This document shows, in pieces, positions 8,807-18,851 of a DNA stretch of 64,000 nucleotides. The notes under the pieces were generated by a model that was not told the DNA's origin, did not search any database, and saw only the letters and a list, made by a program, of their open reading frames with translations. The translations under genes were made by a program, and so were the position numbers. Source of the DNA: a bacterium (GTDB lineage: Bacteria; UBA8248; JACPRG01; G963555815); the NCBI GenBank assembly GCA_965218795.1, contig OZ244653.1, positions 608,001-672,000 on the forward strand, in the 5' to 3' direction. Numbering within the stretch: the first letter of the stretch is position 1; every line of letters starts with the position of its first letter.

Positions 8807-10237
8807 TCAGTGCTCGACACCAGCCGTTTTCGAGCGCCAGAGAAATACTAATACCGCTCCAAAAACGATGATGAACAGGGCGGCTTCCGGGGCGCGTTTC
8901 TCGACCGCGAGGAAGAGTTTCGTCCGGAGGTAAGCCAGCGTTCCCGTGTGGCTTTTCTCTAGTCTTGCCTGTTCTTTTTCTGCGTGACGAATTCGGGATT
9001 TGACGGCCTCGGGATCCACGGCCTCGGGGAGACTTTTTTTCAGAAAGTGGATCTCCAGGGCATAGTGGCGGACAGCATCTCTCCATCCATTCTGGACATA
9101 TCTGAGGATATCGGCGAGGGCACCATGGATGCGGCCGTCTTCGGGTGTCCACGACAGAGCTCGTTTATACGCCTCGACCGTCTCATTGAGACGGCCTCGT
9201 GTTGTGGCCCGTTCCGCCTTTGCGAGCTCCTCCTCGGCCGCGCGCTTACGGTAGACAGGGTTGTTTGGGTCCACTCGGGCCAAACCCTCCATGATGGCGA
9301 GCCCGGATTCAGCCTGTTCTTCCTCCGATGAACCGGAAGCGGAACCCTCCAGAAGTCGTTTGGCCTTCAAGTATATGGCGAGGGATTCCTTTTGTTTTCC
9401 CGGCATCCTTTCTAAGGTCTGGGCGATTCGAATGTGGGCCGAAACACTGTCATCAAGCCACTCGAGAGCCTTTTGGTAACGTTTCAGGGCTTTCGTATAA
9501 TTTCCTCCCCTGAAGAAATAATCCCCGCCTTCCAGGGCGCGTTCCACCATGGCTTCCCTTGCTTCTCGGAAACTCGGGTCAAGGCTGACGGCGTGCAGAA
9601 ACATGGCCTCGGCTTTCTCCGTTTTCCCAGTCCTGACGAGGGCACGAGCTTGAGCCAACAGGTAGGCTGCATAGGGCCGCCCGGCTACTTCACCCCCGGC
9701 AGGTGTTCCGATCATATCTCTGGCTTTCCGGCCTTCAAAGAATGTCTTCAACAGTGGAGACTCGACATCGCCTTCATAATTCGCCAAAGGGAGGAACTCT
9801 CTGAAGTCTGAAAAAAATGCCTGAACTTGCGGATGCATCGGCTGGATGGCACGGGCCACCCAATAGAACTTGATGGCCTGGCGATAGTTGTTGAGAGCAA
9901 TCTCGGCCTCTGCCGCTCCAAGGAGAGAATCCACTAGGCCCGGGAGCCTGAGGAGACCGGCCCTGAAGGCGTTGACCGCGGCGCTCGGGCGGTCTTGTTT
10001 CAAAAAAAGTCTTCCCAGTTCATCGACGATTTCCAGATTTCCCGGACAGCCGAACGCGGCCTCTTGTAAGACGGTCACCTCTTCCTGTGGCGACTTCACT
10101 TTCTTCAAGGATTCCTTCCAATTTTTGTCAGACCGACAATCCGGAGACTCTTCCGAGAAGACGGAAGGCGACACCATAGTTATCCAGATGAGGACAAGGG
10201 TGAAGAAGAAGCCGAGAGAAAGGTTTCGATGAGTCAT
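8807..10237 (-). CDS. Exported TPR protein with C-terminal membrane anchor
   Basis: N-terminal hydrophobic signal, multiple TPR-like repeats, C-terminal AALFIIVFGAVLVFLWRSK; start codon uncertain. Confidence 0.8.
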   Translation of the reverse strand: MTHRNLSLGFFFTLVLIWITMVSPSVFSEESPDCRSDKNWKESLKKVKSPQEEVTVLQEAAFGCPGNLEIVDELGRLFLKQDRPSAAVNAFRAGLLRLPGLVDSLLGAAEAEIALNNYRQAIKFYWVARAIQPMHPQVQAFFSDFREFLPLANYEGDVESPLLKTFFEGRKARDMIGTPAGGEVAGRPYAAYLLAQARALVRTGKTEKAEAMFLHAVSLDPSFREAREAMVERALEGGDYFFRGGNYTKALKRYQKALEWLDDSVSAHIRIAQTLERMPGKQKESLAIYLKAKRLLEGSASGSSEEEQAESGLAIMEGLARVDPNNPVYRKRAAEEELAKAERATTRGRLNETVEAYKRALSWTPEDGRIHGALADILRYVQNGWRDAVRHYALEIHFLKKSLPEAVDPEAVKSRIRHAEKEQARLEKSHTGTLAYLRTKLFLAVEKRAPEAALFIIVFGAVLVFLWRSKTAGVEH

Positions 10238-10424
10238 ATGCGCTGAGACCAGCTTGCTCATGATAATAAGTTTAGGAATGCCAAGCGCCATCCGCAAATC
10301 CAACTTTTTGAGTCTTGCCGAAATTGCGGGTTATGGGGGAATCGACCAGAGTCATTCGTCGGCATCCCGTCGATGGAGTAGGGCCGGGCGAATATCTCAC
10401 AGGTCGGCCGCTTTGCGGAAAAGA

Positions 10425-11201
10425 TCAGGAGAGGCCGTATTTTCCCCTGAGGGAATTGATCCGGATTCGAAGGAGCCCGACCAGCGATCGAATCGAATCA
10501 CGGATGATGTGTACCTTGGAGTCATCGGCGTTCTTCCAGTTGACGGGCACTTCTTTCACCCGAAAACCCTGCCGCTTAGCGATGTAAAGGATTTCAGCGT
10601 CAAAACTCCAATCATGAAGGGTTTGAAGGGAGAAGATCGAATGTGCGGCTTCCAGGCTGAAGCATTTGAACCCGCATGTGAAATCGCTCACGGTCAATCC
10701 GAGTAGCCATCGGGAAAGTAAGGTAAAGATGGTGCCCATTTTCTCGCGGAGAAAGGATTGGTGCCGTTCGATGTGCGCTCCCTCTGTGCGACGGGTCCCT
10801 ATGACGGAGTCATAGCCCTGCTGAAACCACTCCTTGAGGTGGTCGAACTCTTCGGGTCGGGTAGAAAGATCGGCGTCCAGAAACAGGATCAGCTTTCCCC
10901 GGGCCGCCAGCATTCCCCGCTGGACGGCGAATCCCTTCCCACGGTTCCGATCATTGTTCAGAAGGGCCATATGGTTTCTTCCGGATTTGAACGCCCGGGC
11001 AATCTCGCTCGTTCGATCGGCGCTCCCATCGTCGACTACTATGATTTCATAGGTGGGAGTTTGCTTTTGGGCGTAATCTTCGACAGCCTCCAGACATTTT
11101 TGCAGGACGGGTTCTTCATTAAAAGCAGGGATGACGATGGACAATTCGATAGAAGCGTCGGCCGCTGCCGTTTGTGCGGAATCGGGCGGCGAGTGTTGCA
11201 T
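10425..11201 (-). CDS. GT2 polyprenyl-phosphate glycosyltransferase (dolichyl-P glucosyltransferase-like)
   Basis: SIVIPAFNEE, VVDDGS, NRGKG, FLDADL, DFTCGFK, WSFDAE. Confidence 0.92.
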   Translation of the reverse strand: MQHSPPDSAQTAAADASIELSIVIPAFNEEPVLQKCLEAVEDYAQKQTPTYEIIVVDDGSADRTSEIARAFKSGRNHMALLNNDRNRGKGFAVQRGMLAARGKLILFLDADLSTRPEEFDHLKEWFQQGYDSVIGTRRTEGAHIERHQSFLREKMGTIFTLLSRWLLGLTVSDFTCGFKCFSLEAAHSIFSLQTLHDWSFDAEILYIAKRQGFRVKEVPVNWKNADDSKVHIIRDSIRSLVGLLRIRINSLRGKYGLS

Positions 11202-11346
11202 GACGAATTTTCCCGGAAAAGGACAAGTCTCGTCGAGACCGTAGTTTTCAAGTCCGGGATGGGTTTCCCGAATCGATCCGGGAAACTTCGGCCCCGTCCC
11301 CAAAAATCAGCCGGTCATCATGACATACGGAAGCCGGGGATTTCAA

Positions 11347-12412
11347 TCACTCGGACGGCTCCCATCTCTCAGCAGTCCTCGCAAGAGGCCTCATCGAAGC
11401 AGACCTGGAAACGATCCCCGATTTTCGGTCCGGCTGAGTTTCTTCTTTTCGCCGAAAAAGAAGATAACCGTTGGTTTCCCGAACCAGTTCGAAATCGGGA
11501 TGAGTGCGCATCTCCTTTTGCTTTGCAGGCTCCATAAACTTTGCGGTTGGTATCGATGAGAACGAACCTGGCGTCGCGAACGATCGGAAACACGAAGATA
11601 TTTTCCTGTCGGGTCATGTGAGGGACAAGTCGCTGGTTGCCGAGACAGAGGCTCCCCGGGGAATGGAGACGGTCAAGGATCTACTCGTCCAATGCCGCTC
11701 GCTGATGATGAGACGACGCGGACGGGTCAAATCCCAAAAGGAGAAATTCGCAACGCCCACGACGAAGACGAGTCCGCCGAGTCCTCAAACGACGGCTCTT
11801 GACCTGGTCCGCCTTTCAATGGCTCGCAGCGCCCGGACGGTTCAGGTGTTTGACTGAAAGCCGGCATGGCCACCTGGATGGCCAGAACCGCCCACCACAA
11901 AGGTAGAGTCCTGCGGTTGTTCACCCGATTTTTCTCTCCTTACAGAACGACTGCCGTCCAGAGTCCAAACACGAACAAATAGACCGGAACGTCTTCTTTG
12001 GTCATCCACGCGGGGACGATGCCTGGTCAGTGCAATGCCCATCTTTTCCGCGACAAGCCAAGGAACGCGGTGGACAAGAGAGTAGGGGCTCAAGCATTTC
12101 CATGTGGAAGTCGAACATGAGCCCTCGGGACAGGTTGCGGGACAGGGGGTATGAAAACGCGAGAGCCAAGCCGGCTCAGCGGGTTTGAAGCTCTGAGCGG
12201 CTGTAGGCGTATAGGGGGGAGGGCGGCCGCCCCAACGAGGCCAGGGCCTGAAGAATCGCAAGCGTCAGGGGGCCGTCGTGGATAAGGGGGAAGATTGGAG
12301 CAGGGTGTTCACCGAAGTCGATGTGCGGTAAAAGTGGAACAAAAAAGAATCGTCCCTTCAGATATTGGACAGGCCGTAATCAAAAATGCTCAAATCCCAT
12401 GCATTGGTCCCT
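11347..12412 (-). pseudogene. Decayed DUF2079-like integral membrane protein (putative GT-C fold)
   Basis: Fragments in different frames: TNAWDLSIFDY..*..FGEHPAPIFPL; IPRGASVSATSD / LVPHMTRQENIFVFP..ARFVLIDT; FELVRETNGYLLFRR. Confidence 0.6.
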
Positions 12413-12622
12413 GAGTCAGGTGCTGAATCATCCGAAATGCCAGATAGGCCACACACCAGGCGATTAGGCCGACGAGCAATGCTTGGTTCATTTTGAAAGA
12501 TTTTCCACCTCATCCGGATGGAGATGGAGGTCCCTTAGGATGGTGGCGTTGCAGGGTCAGGCTGCGGGCCTCCCCAAGGTTTTCTATGTTTGGACGGGTG
12601 ATCTCTCCCGGAGCGAGGACCG

Positions 12623-13849
12623 GTGATGGATGAATCCGGAAACGGTCGCCGCGCATGGGGAATGGTCGCCATCGTATTCGTCACCGTTGGCTTCTCCGGC
12701 GCCGTATGGCACATGTTCGGAATATTCGTGAAGCCGCTGGAGGCCGAATTCGATTTGACTCGCACGTCGGTATCACTCGTCGTAACCCTTTCCCAAGGCG
12801 TCTATTTCTGCATGATGATGGTGGTCGGGAAGATCCTGCATCGCTTCGGGCCCAAGGCGTTGATTGTCACGGGAATGGCCGTGTTGGGCACAGGGGCGCT
12901 CCTCTCCGGGTCCGTGCAATCCATAGGTCAAATGTACTTGGCCTATGGGGTTGTGCTCGCAGCCGGCTATTCGGTGGCGACCATCAATGTATCGAGTATC
13001 GCGGTTACGCAATGGTTTAGCCGAAACCGGGGATTGGCCCTGGGAGTTGCTCTGGCCGGGTTCAACGCGGGCCAGCTTGTCATCCTGCCTTTTACCCAAT
13101 ACTGGGTGCTTCACTTCGGCTGGCGAAATGCATTTTATCTTGTGGGGGTTGCCACCCTCCTCCTACCCTTGCCGCTGGCAGTCACCCTTTTGCGGAACGG
13201 CCCTTATCGCAATGAAGACACCGGGACAGAGTTGTCGCGAGTCGGGAAGGCGGGGAATTCGCTGAGAGAGTCACTGAAGCGCCGTTCATTCTGGTTTCTG
13301 GCCGTAAGCTTTTTTGCCTGCGGTTTCAGCGATTTCGTACTTGCCGCCCATCTGCCGTCTTTTGCAATAGACGTCGGAATCAGCCCGTTTCTCAGCGGTT
13401 CGGCTCACGGGATGATCAGCGGAATCAGCATTGTGGGCGTCATTGTCCTCGGGGCTCTTTCGGATCGAATCGGCCGCCGATACCCGTTGACATTCATCTA
13501 TGTGGTCCGCGCGGTCTGTTTCTTGTTCCTCCCTTGGATTGGCGGTTATCTGGGTCTTTGGATATTCATCTCGCTCTATGGCTTCTTCTATTTCGCGACG
13601 ACCCCCATGACCTCAGCCGCGGCATCAGATATCTTTCCTTCGGATCAGTTGGGTACCCTGTATGGGTACATTATTGCGGCTCATGGTCTGGGAGCGCTGT
13701 TGGGGCCTTTTGTGGCGGGCGTCATCTTCGACACCCAGGGGAGTTACACACCAGCCTTCCTCATCACGGGGGTCGTCCTTCTTTTCGGCGCGGTTTGTTG
13801 CGCCTTGATTGACGACCCCATCCGGGAGGCTCGCCAAAGCCCGGCTTGA
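12623..13849 (+). CDS. MFS transporter (OFA/MCT-like)
   Basis: About 12 hydrophobic segments; GKILHRFGPK and GALSDRIGRR motif A; WFSRNRGLALG. Confidence 0.92.
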   Translation: MMDESGNGRRAWGMVAIVFVTVGFSGAVWHMFGIFVKPLEAEFDLTRTSVSLVVTLSQGVYFCMMMVVGKILHRFGPKALIVTGMAVLGTGALLSGSVQSIGQMYLAYGVVLAAGYSVATINVSSIAVTQWFSRNRGLALGVALAGFNAGQLVILPFTQYWVLHFGWRNAFYLVGVATLLLPLPLAVTLLRNGPYRNEDTGTELSRVGKAGNSLRESLKRRSFWFLAVSFFACGFSDFVLAAHLPSFAIDVGISPFLSGSAHGMISGISIVGVIVLGALSDRIGRRYPLTFIYVVRAVCFLFLPWIGGYLGLWIFISLYGFFYFATTPMTSAAASDIFPSDQLGTLYGYIIAAHGLGALLGPFVAGVIFDTQGSYTPAFLITGVVLLFGAVCCALIDDPIREARQSPA

Positions 13850-13855
13850 GAAATC

Positions 13856-14434
13856 CTACCGGAGGCCGTCCTCGCCTTCGACTTCCTGCAGTTTCAAGCC
13901 GCCGACCCTCGGGAAGGGACGGCCTCCGTCCGTTACCACGATGGCGCAAAGTATCTCATCCGGAAACGGAGCGTCCGGAACGCAAACGGTCATCGCGTCA
14001 TAGTGGGACCGGACGTACACGGCGTCTTTGTAATGGAGGGGGACATCCAGCGTCGTTCCGGCCGCTCCCCGTTTTTTTGAAGAAGCGATCACCGCTTTCC
14101 CGCCACCGACCAGTTCCCGAAGGGGTTTTCCAAGCTTGGGGTGGAGAACAGCGGCCGCATGTTCCATTTCACCGGACGTCCCGACAATCGCCCCTTTGCC
14201 GTAACTGTGGTACCTGTCTCCGCCCAAAGCCTCGATGGCAATCCTTCCCAAGACGCTGCCGGCCTCTTCACCCATTGAGATGAGTTCTTCAAGGGATTCA
14301 TCGAACCGGCCGACAAAGGGGTTTTCAAATACAGCGATCGCGGCCGCTTTTCGGATGGGAGGATCCACATCCCTTCCGGTTTCCCGTCGGATCTCTTCAA
14401 CCATCGTCATGAATTTTCGGACCTTCATTTCCAT
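13856..14434 (-). CDS. Amino acid synthesis family protein (DUF1185)
   Basis: NPFVGRF, SYGKGAIVG, GEMEHAAA, DVPLHYKD, RSHYD, GGRP; GGAGG RBS. Confidence 0.88.
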   Translation of the reverse strand: MEMKVRKFMTMVEEIRRETGRDVDPPIRKAAAIAVFENPFVGRFDESLEELISMGEEAGSVLGRIAIEALGGDRYHSYGKGAIVGTSGEMEHAAAVLHPKLGKPLRELVGGGKAVIASSKKRGAAGTTLDVPLHYKDAVYVRSHYDAMTVCVPDAPFPDEILCAIVVTDGGRPFPRVGGLKLQEVEGEDGLR

Positions 14435-15029
14435 TAGGAGCCTCCGTGGCAGGGGATACACTCGACGTTGGTCCGGCTTTTGAATTGGCGCGCTCTCAGG
14501 CTGTCCCCGAGTAAGATTGGGTTTGTCACGTTGTCACAGACCCAAGGGTCTGTAGACGGAAGTCCATTCCAGCTTGAGCTTTTTTAAACAAAATTTCAGG
14601 AAAAGGAAAGGGAGGCCGCTGGATGGTACGGGATGCTTCGGGAGATGCGGCTTGCCTTGATGGATCGAGAGTATCTTCGAAATCGGTCTGAATGGAATTC
14701 TTCTCGCTGAGCCGGGGCCTGCGTCTTCAATCCTTTGATTCGGAAGAGTCGAGGCATTCGGGATGATAGAATATGTAAAGACCTTCGTGGCCGATACAGA
14801 CGGCAACATGATCCTCGATTTCTCCTTTGCAGCGCTTACAGACCTACCGGCCAGGAGGCGGCGTGGTGGAAGGAAAATTTGAGAATGAATCTCGGTATTT
14901 GCAATGGAAGTGAACAAAGGATTCATTGCTCCATCCCGCATAATTCCAAAAAAGTGGTACTCTGATAAGTCGGATTCTGACGAAAGAACTTGAGCCTTGA
15001 TTTCCCAGTGGAGCACATAGAAAGACCCG

Positions 15030-15058
15030 TTGACTTGACCAAGATATCCGAATAGAAT
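15030..15058 (+). promoter_or_regulatory. Sigma70-type promoter for the lytic transglycosylase
   Basis: TTGACT-N17-TAGAAT. Confidence 0.55.
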
Positions 15059-15112
15059 CTTACGATTCCTCTGGAGCGAAGGTTTAATATTGAGGGATCA
15101 ATTAACTGGGGT

Positions 15113-16696
15113 TTGAAACTCTTGCCTTGGATTCCATGGACAAGGGGGTCACCTGTGAGCGCTCTCCGGATTTTTCTTTTCATTTCTTTTCTGTTCGTAT
15201 TGAGCGCTTGTGCTGCTGTTCCCGGCCGCTCCAATCGGACGATCGGGTCCGTTCCCGTCCCTTCTGAAAGGGACACCGCAGCCGATTTGAAACGAGGGAC
15301 CTCGCAGTCCGTTGCAACCGCTCCCATTCCAGCCACTCAGTCGCAGGAACCCCTTTCGACTTCCCTGAAACAGGAGACGGAGAGCTCTCTGAGAATTGCG
15401 GAGAGCGAAACCATCACCAGTCGCCTTTCCATTCCGTCCGAGCCGTTGAAGGGCCCGGATCAGCCATCCCCCGTTCTCCCCCCCCAGCCGCCTCGAAACC
15501 GTCCGGAGCCGGGAGGCGATACGGTGATTCGCAAAGATACCGGACCCACGATTCCAATCGTCTTGACTGCCAGGGTTCGTTGGTTCGTCAATTACTTTAC
15601 CGGGCCGCGCCGGAAGACGTTTACGAAATGGCTGGAGCGATCGACCCGCTATACTGATATGATGCGGAAAATCCTTCGGGAAGAGAGGGTCCCTGAGGAC
15701 CTGATCTATATCGCGCTGATCGAGAGTGGGTACGATCCCAAGGCTCGCTCCTGGGCGGGCGCGACCGGAATCTGGCAATTCATGAAGCCCACGGCAAGGA
15801 TGTATGGGCTCAAGGTGAACTGGTGGATCGATGAGCGGCGTGACCCTGAAAAGGCAACCCGGGCGGCCGCTCGTTACTTCAGGGATCTTCACCAGTCGTT
15901 CCGCTCATGGCATCTGGCCCAGGCCGGCTACAACGCTGGAGAGGGAAAAATCCGACGGGGGCTTCGGCGGGTGAAGCGGAAGGATTTTTGGACGCTGGCC
16001 AAGACCCGCTACATTGCCAGAGAAACTCGAAATTTTGTACCGAAGTTCATGGCGGCCGCAAGGGTGGCCAAGAGCCCCGAAGACTACGGGTTTACCGGAC
16101 TGAATTACCAGTCGCCGCGTCGCTTCGAAAAGGTGCGCGTATCCAAGTCCACCGATCTGCGATGGATCGCTTCGGCGGCGGGTGTCTCATTGAAAGAGAT
16201 ACAGGATTTGAATCCTGCGTTGCGGCGCTGGAGAACCCCTCCGAAGTATCCCGACTTTGAGATCAGGGTTCCCGTCGGGACCTCTGAGCAGGTGGCCACG
16301 GCCATTGAGAACTGGTCTCCCGAAATATATGCGGGTCGGAAATACAAAGTGGAGAGAGGCGACACATTAAGCGAGATTGCCTTGAGCATCGGGACGCCGA
16401 TTAAAGTTCTGATGGAACTGAACGGGCTCAGCAATCCGGGTCGGATATACATCGGGCAGGAGTTGATCCTGCCAGACAAGGGTCCCAAAGGGCAGAGAAT
16501 CGTTCGGGTGTCCCCCCAATCCCCCCGAGTTTCCTCCCCTGGACGCGACTCCATTCATGTCGTTCGTTCAGGGGAGACCATCTGGCATCTTTCAAGACGC
16601 TATCGGATCAAGATGAAAAAGCTGCTGGCCTGGAATCACCTCTCCAAAGATGCGCAGATTCGCCCTGGAGACAAGATTCTTCTTTCGCTCCCTTGA
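15113..16696 (+). CDS. mltD: Membrane-bound lytic murein transglycosylase D-like lipoprotein with LysM domains
   Basis: Lipobox LSAC; IESG, GIWQFM, DERRDP, YNAGEG, ETRNFVPK; C-terminal LysM repeats; start codon uncertain. Confidence 0.88.
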   Translation: MKLLPWIPWTRGSPVSALRIFLFISFLFVLSACAAVPGRSNRTIGSVPVPSERDTAADLKRGTSQSVATAPIPATQSQEPLSTSLKQETESSLRIAESETITSRLSIPSEPLKGPDQPSPVLPPQPPRNRPEPGGDTVIRKDTGPTIPIVLTARVRWFVNYFTGPRRKTFTKWLERSTRYTDMMRKILREERVPEDLIYIALIESGYDPKARSWAGATGIWQFMKPTARMYGLKVNWWIDERRDPEKATRAAARYFRDLHQSFRSWHLAQAGYNAGEGKIRRGLRRVKRKDFWTLAKTRYIARETRNFVPKFMAAARVAKSPEDYGFTGLNYQSPRRFEKVRVSKSTDLRWIASAAGVSLKEIQDLNPALRRWRTPPKYPDFEIRVPVGTSEQVATAIENWSPEIYAGRKYKVERGDTLSEIALSIGTPIKVLMELNGLSNPGRIYIGQELILPDKGPKGQRIVRVSPQSPRVSSPGRDSIHVVRSGETIWHLSRRYRIKMKKLLAWNHLSKDAQIRPGDKILLSLP

Positions 16697-16759
16697 TCCC
16701 CTTCTCGCCAGTAGATTCAATCCCTCCATAAGGAATGAATGTTTCTGTGGGTGAAAGGA

Positions 16760-18028
16760 TCAAACTTGGTCCAATGTTCCCCAGCGTCCGCAGGATGGGC
16801 ACCGACCTCTCCAGTCCGTAAGCTGTTCCTGGCACGTGGTACAATGGAAATGCCCTCCGCTTTTCGGCTGAAAGGACAAAGCCGCCCGGGCTCCTGCGAC
16901 ATCATCTGTATCCAGGAGCGCCCGGGCGCGGACCAGGCGGGCGCGGGGGGTATCTTTAGCGGAGTCATCCTCAAGGTGCCGTAACGCTTCTGTCGGTTGC
17001 CCCAGACGCAGGTAGGCCTCGGCCAGGGCCAGCTGCAAAAGATCATCGCCGGGCCCCCTTCGCCGGGCCTTCCGGAGGGCCTGGACCGTATCCTCTCCCG
17101 AAGAGCCATTGCCGAGCGTTGAGAGGATACGTGCCAGGAATATAAACGCCCTTGTTTTCTCGTACCCTTCCCGCCAGATACCGAGCGCCTGATCTCTCCT
17201 GCCGGATGCGCGAAGAACATCCCCCAGGGCTACCCGCGGCGGGATGCAATCGCCATGGACGTCGATGGCCTCATTGAGGCGTTTCTCGGCATCGGCCGGT
17301 TTTCCGGCTTGGGCGAGTTGCCATCCGGCTTCATAGAGCAGATGGGCGAGAAGCATTCGATCCGGATCGCTTGCGCCCCCCGGACGGCGGACCAGCCGTT
17401 TTTGAAACCCGGCGGCAATTTCCCATGCCCCGGCGGAGATATAGTGGTCGCGAATTCGCGTGAGGGGGATGGATTCGTCCCCGCCGGCATAACGCACGCG
17501 CTCCAAGAGGGCCCGGAGGGCGTCCGGGCGTCCGGCGATCGCGAAATCGTCGGCCAGACTCTCAATCAGCCGACCGTCATCGCTGCCGGCCTGGATGGCC
17601 CTTCTGTGAAGGTCGAAGGCGGCGTCCAAACGGCCCAGGTCGCGCTGAAGGTTTCCCGATTCCAACAGCGCTTGTTTGTGGACGGGATTTCTCCGAAGGC
17701 TTCGGCGGAACGCTCGCCGGGCTGCCTGTCGATCGCCCTTGGCGATAGAAGCCTGACCAGCTCGATAGAAGATTTCGGCCTCTTGAATCCGACGCTCCGC
17801 CCGTCTGTGCCGGCTCCTGCGCCATGCGTTGATGATTCGGGAGGGAAGATCCCAGATGCCCGTGCCGAGAGCGCCGAGCAAAGCAAATCCCAACACCACC
17901 AGGATCAATGGCAAGTCGTACGCCCGCCCTTTCCACAAAGTCAGGCGGACGTTTTCAGCATTCTGGGGCAGGAGATACAGACCGCCCAGCAAGAGTAATC
18001 CCAAAGTGACGATGAAACGCAAGGGCAT
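16760..18028 (-). CDS. lapB: LapA-LapB-like LPS assembly protein (TM, TPR, rubredoxin-like Zn domain)
   Basis: N-terminal LapA-like QN..V.L..LPL segment, TPRs, C-terminal CTTC..W.GRCPSCGRWGT. Confidence 0.75.
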   Translation of the reverse strand: MPLRFIVTLGLLLLGGLYLLPQNAENVRLTLWKGRAYDLPLILVVLGFALLGALGTGIWDLPSRIINAWRRSRHRRAERRIQEAEIFYRAGQASIAKGDRQAARRAFRRSLRRNPVHKQALLESGNLQRDLGRLDAAFDLHRRAIQAGSDDGRLIESLADDFAIAGRPDALRALLERVRYAGGDESIPLTRIRDHYISAGAWEIAAGFQKRLVRRPGGASDPDRMLLAHLLYEAGWQLAQAGKPADAEKRLNEAIDVHGDCIPPRVALGDVLRASGRRDQALGIWREGYEKTRAFIFLARILSTLGNGSSGEDTVQALRKARRRGPGDDLLQLALAEAYLRLGQPTEALRHLEDDSAKDTPRARLVRARALLDTDDVAGARAALSFQPKSGGHFHCTTCQEQLTDWRGRCPSCGRWGTLDQV

Positions 18029-18068
18029 GGACGTTCCCCGGAATCAGAACCGGGCGTTGACCCTCCTG

Positions 18069-18428
18069 CTAGGAAACTCTCGGTGTACGCTCGGCTTCAC
18101 TTTGACAGACAATACAGAGCCTCGCATAGGGCATGGCGTTGAGGCGTTTGGCCGGAATTTTGGATTCACATTGCTCGCAAATTCCATACGTCTCGTCTTC
18201 AATCTTCTCAAGGGCCATTTCGACAAGTTTCAGTTGGGAACGTTCTTTTTCCCCCAATCCGATGAGGATTTGCCGGGTGTTGATGCCTGTCGCCTGATCC
18301 GCAATATCCTGGATGCCGTCTTCGCCGATTTCCTGGTTTTCCCGTCTTCGGGTGCCGACGTCTCCGATCAGCGATCGGCGGATTTCAAGGAGCTTCTGAC
18401 GATGCTTTTCCAGGGTTTTCTTGTTCAT
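18069..18428 (-). CDS. dksA: DksA/TraR C4 zinc-finger protein
   Basis: DIADQA; YGICEQC..IPAKRLNAMPYARLCIVCQ. Confidence 0.88.
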   Translation of the reverse strand: MNKKTLEKHRQKLLEIRRSLIGDVGTRRRENQEIGEDGIQDIADQATGINTRQILIGLGEKERSQLKLVEMALEKIEDETYGICEQCESKIPAKRLNAMPYARLCIVCQSEAERTPRVS

Positions 18429-18841
18429 GAAGAGCTTCCCGTTTGAAACGCGATGGGTTGCCCGCCGTCTTGGGCAGGTCCATCCGTGATTATGTGGCCG
18501 GCCAGTTCGTCGAGTCGCGGGGCTCGGGCCCAGAGCCGTTCCAAATGATAGAAATTCCGAGCTTCGGAGCTAAACACGTGGATGACGATATCGTCGTAAT
18601 CCAGCAAGATCCAGCTTCCTTCCTTCAGCCCCTCCCGGGAGAGCGGTTCAACCCCCAAGGCGGAGAGGCGTTCATCGATGCTTTCCGCTATGGCCTCCAT
18701 CTGGCGGGGATTCTGCCCGGAGCAGATGAGAAACAGGTCCGTGATGCTCGAGATTCCCCGGAGGTCCAGCACCGCGAGGTCCATGGCTTTTCGATCCAGC
18801 GCCGCCCGGCAGGCTGTCAAACCCTTCTGTTCCGTGTCCAA
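18425..18841 (-). CDS. rsfS: Ribosome silencing factor
   Basis: KAMDLAVLDL, WILLDYDDIVIHVF, RNFYHLERLW; follows nadD; TTG start inferred. Confidence 0.93.
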   Translation of the reverse strand: MDTEQKGLTACRAALDRKAMDLAVLDLRGISSITDLFLICSGQNPRQMEAIAESIDERLSALGVEPLSREGLKEGSWILLDYDDIVIHVFSSEARNFYHLERLWARAPRLDELAGHIITDGPAQDGGQPIAFQTGSSS

Positions 18842-18851
18842 CGGTTGACCT

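Noticed and set aside
12357-12359. In-frame TGA in the DUF2079-like remnant as selenocysteine
   Set aside because: Part of a multiply frameshifted pseudogene; not a redox motif.
14534-15016. 160-aa minus-strand ORF
   Set aside because: No motifs or RBS; the region may hold an unidentifiable remnant.
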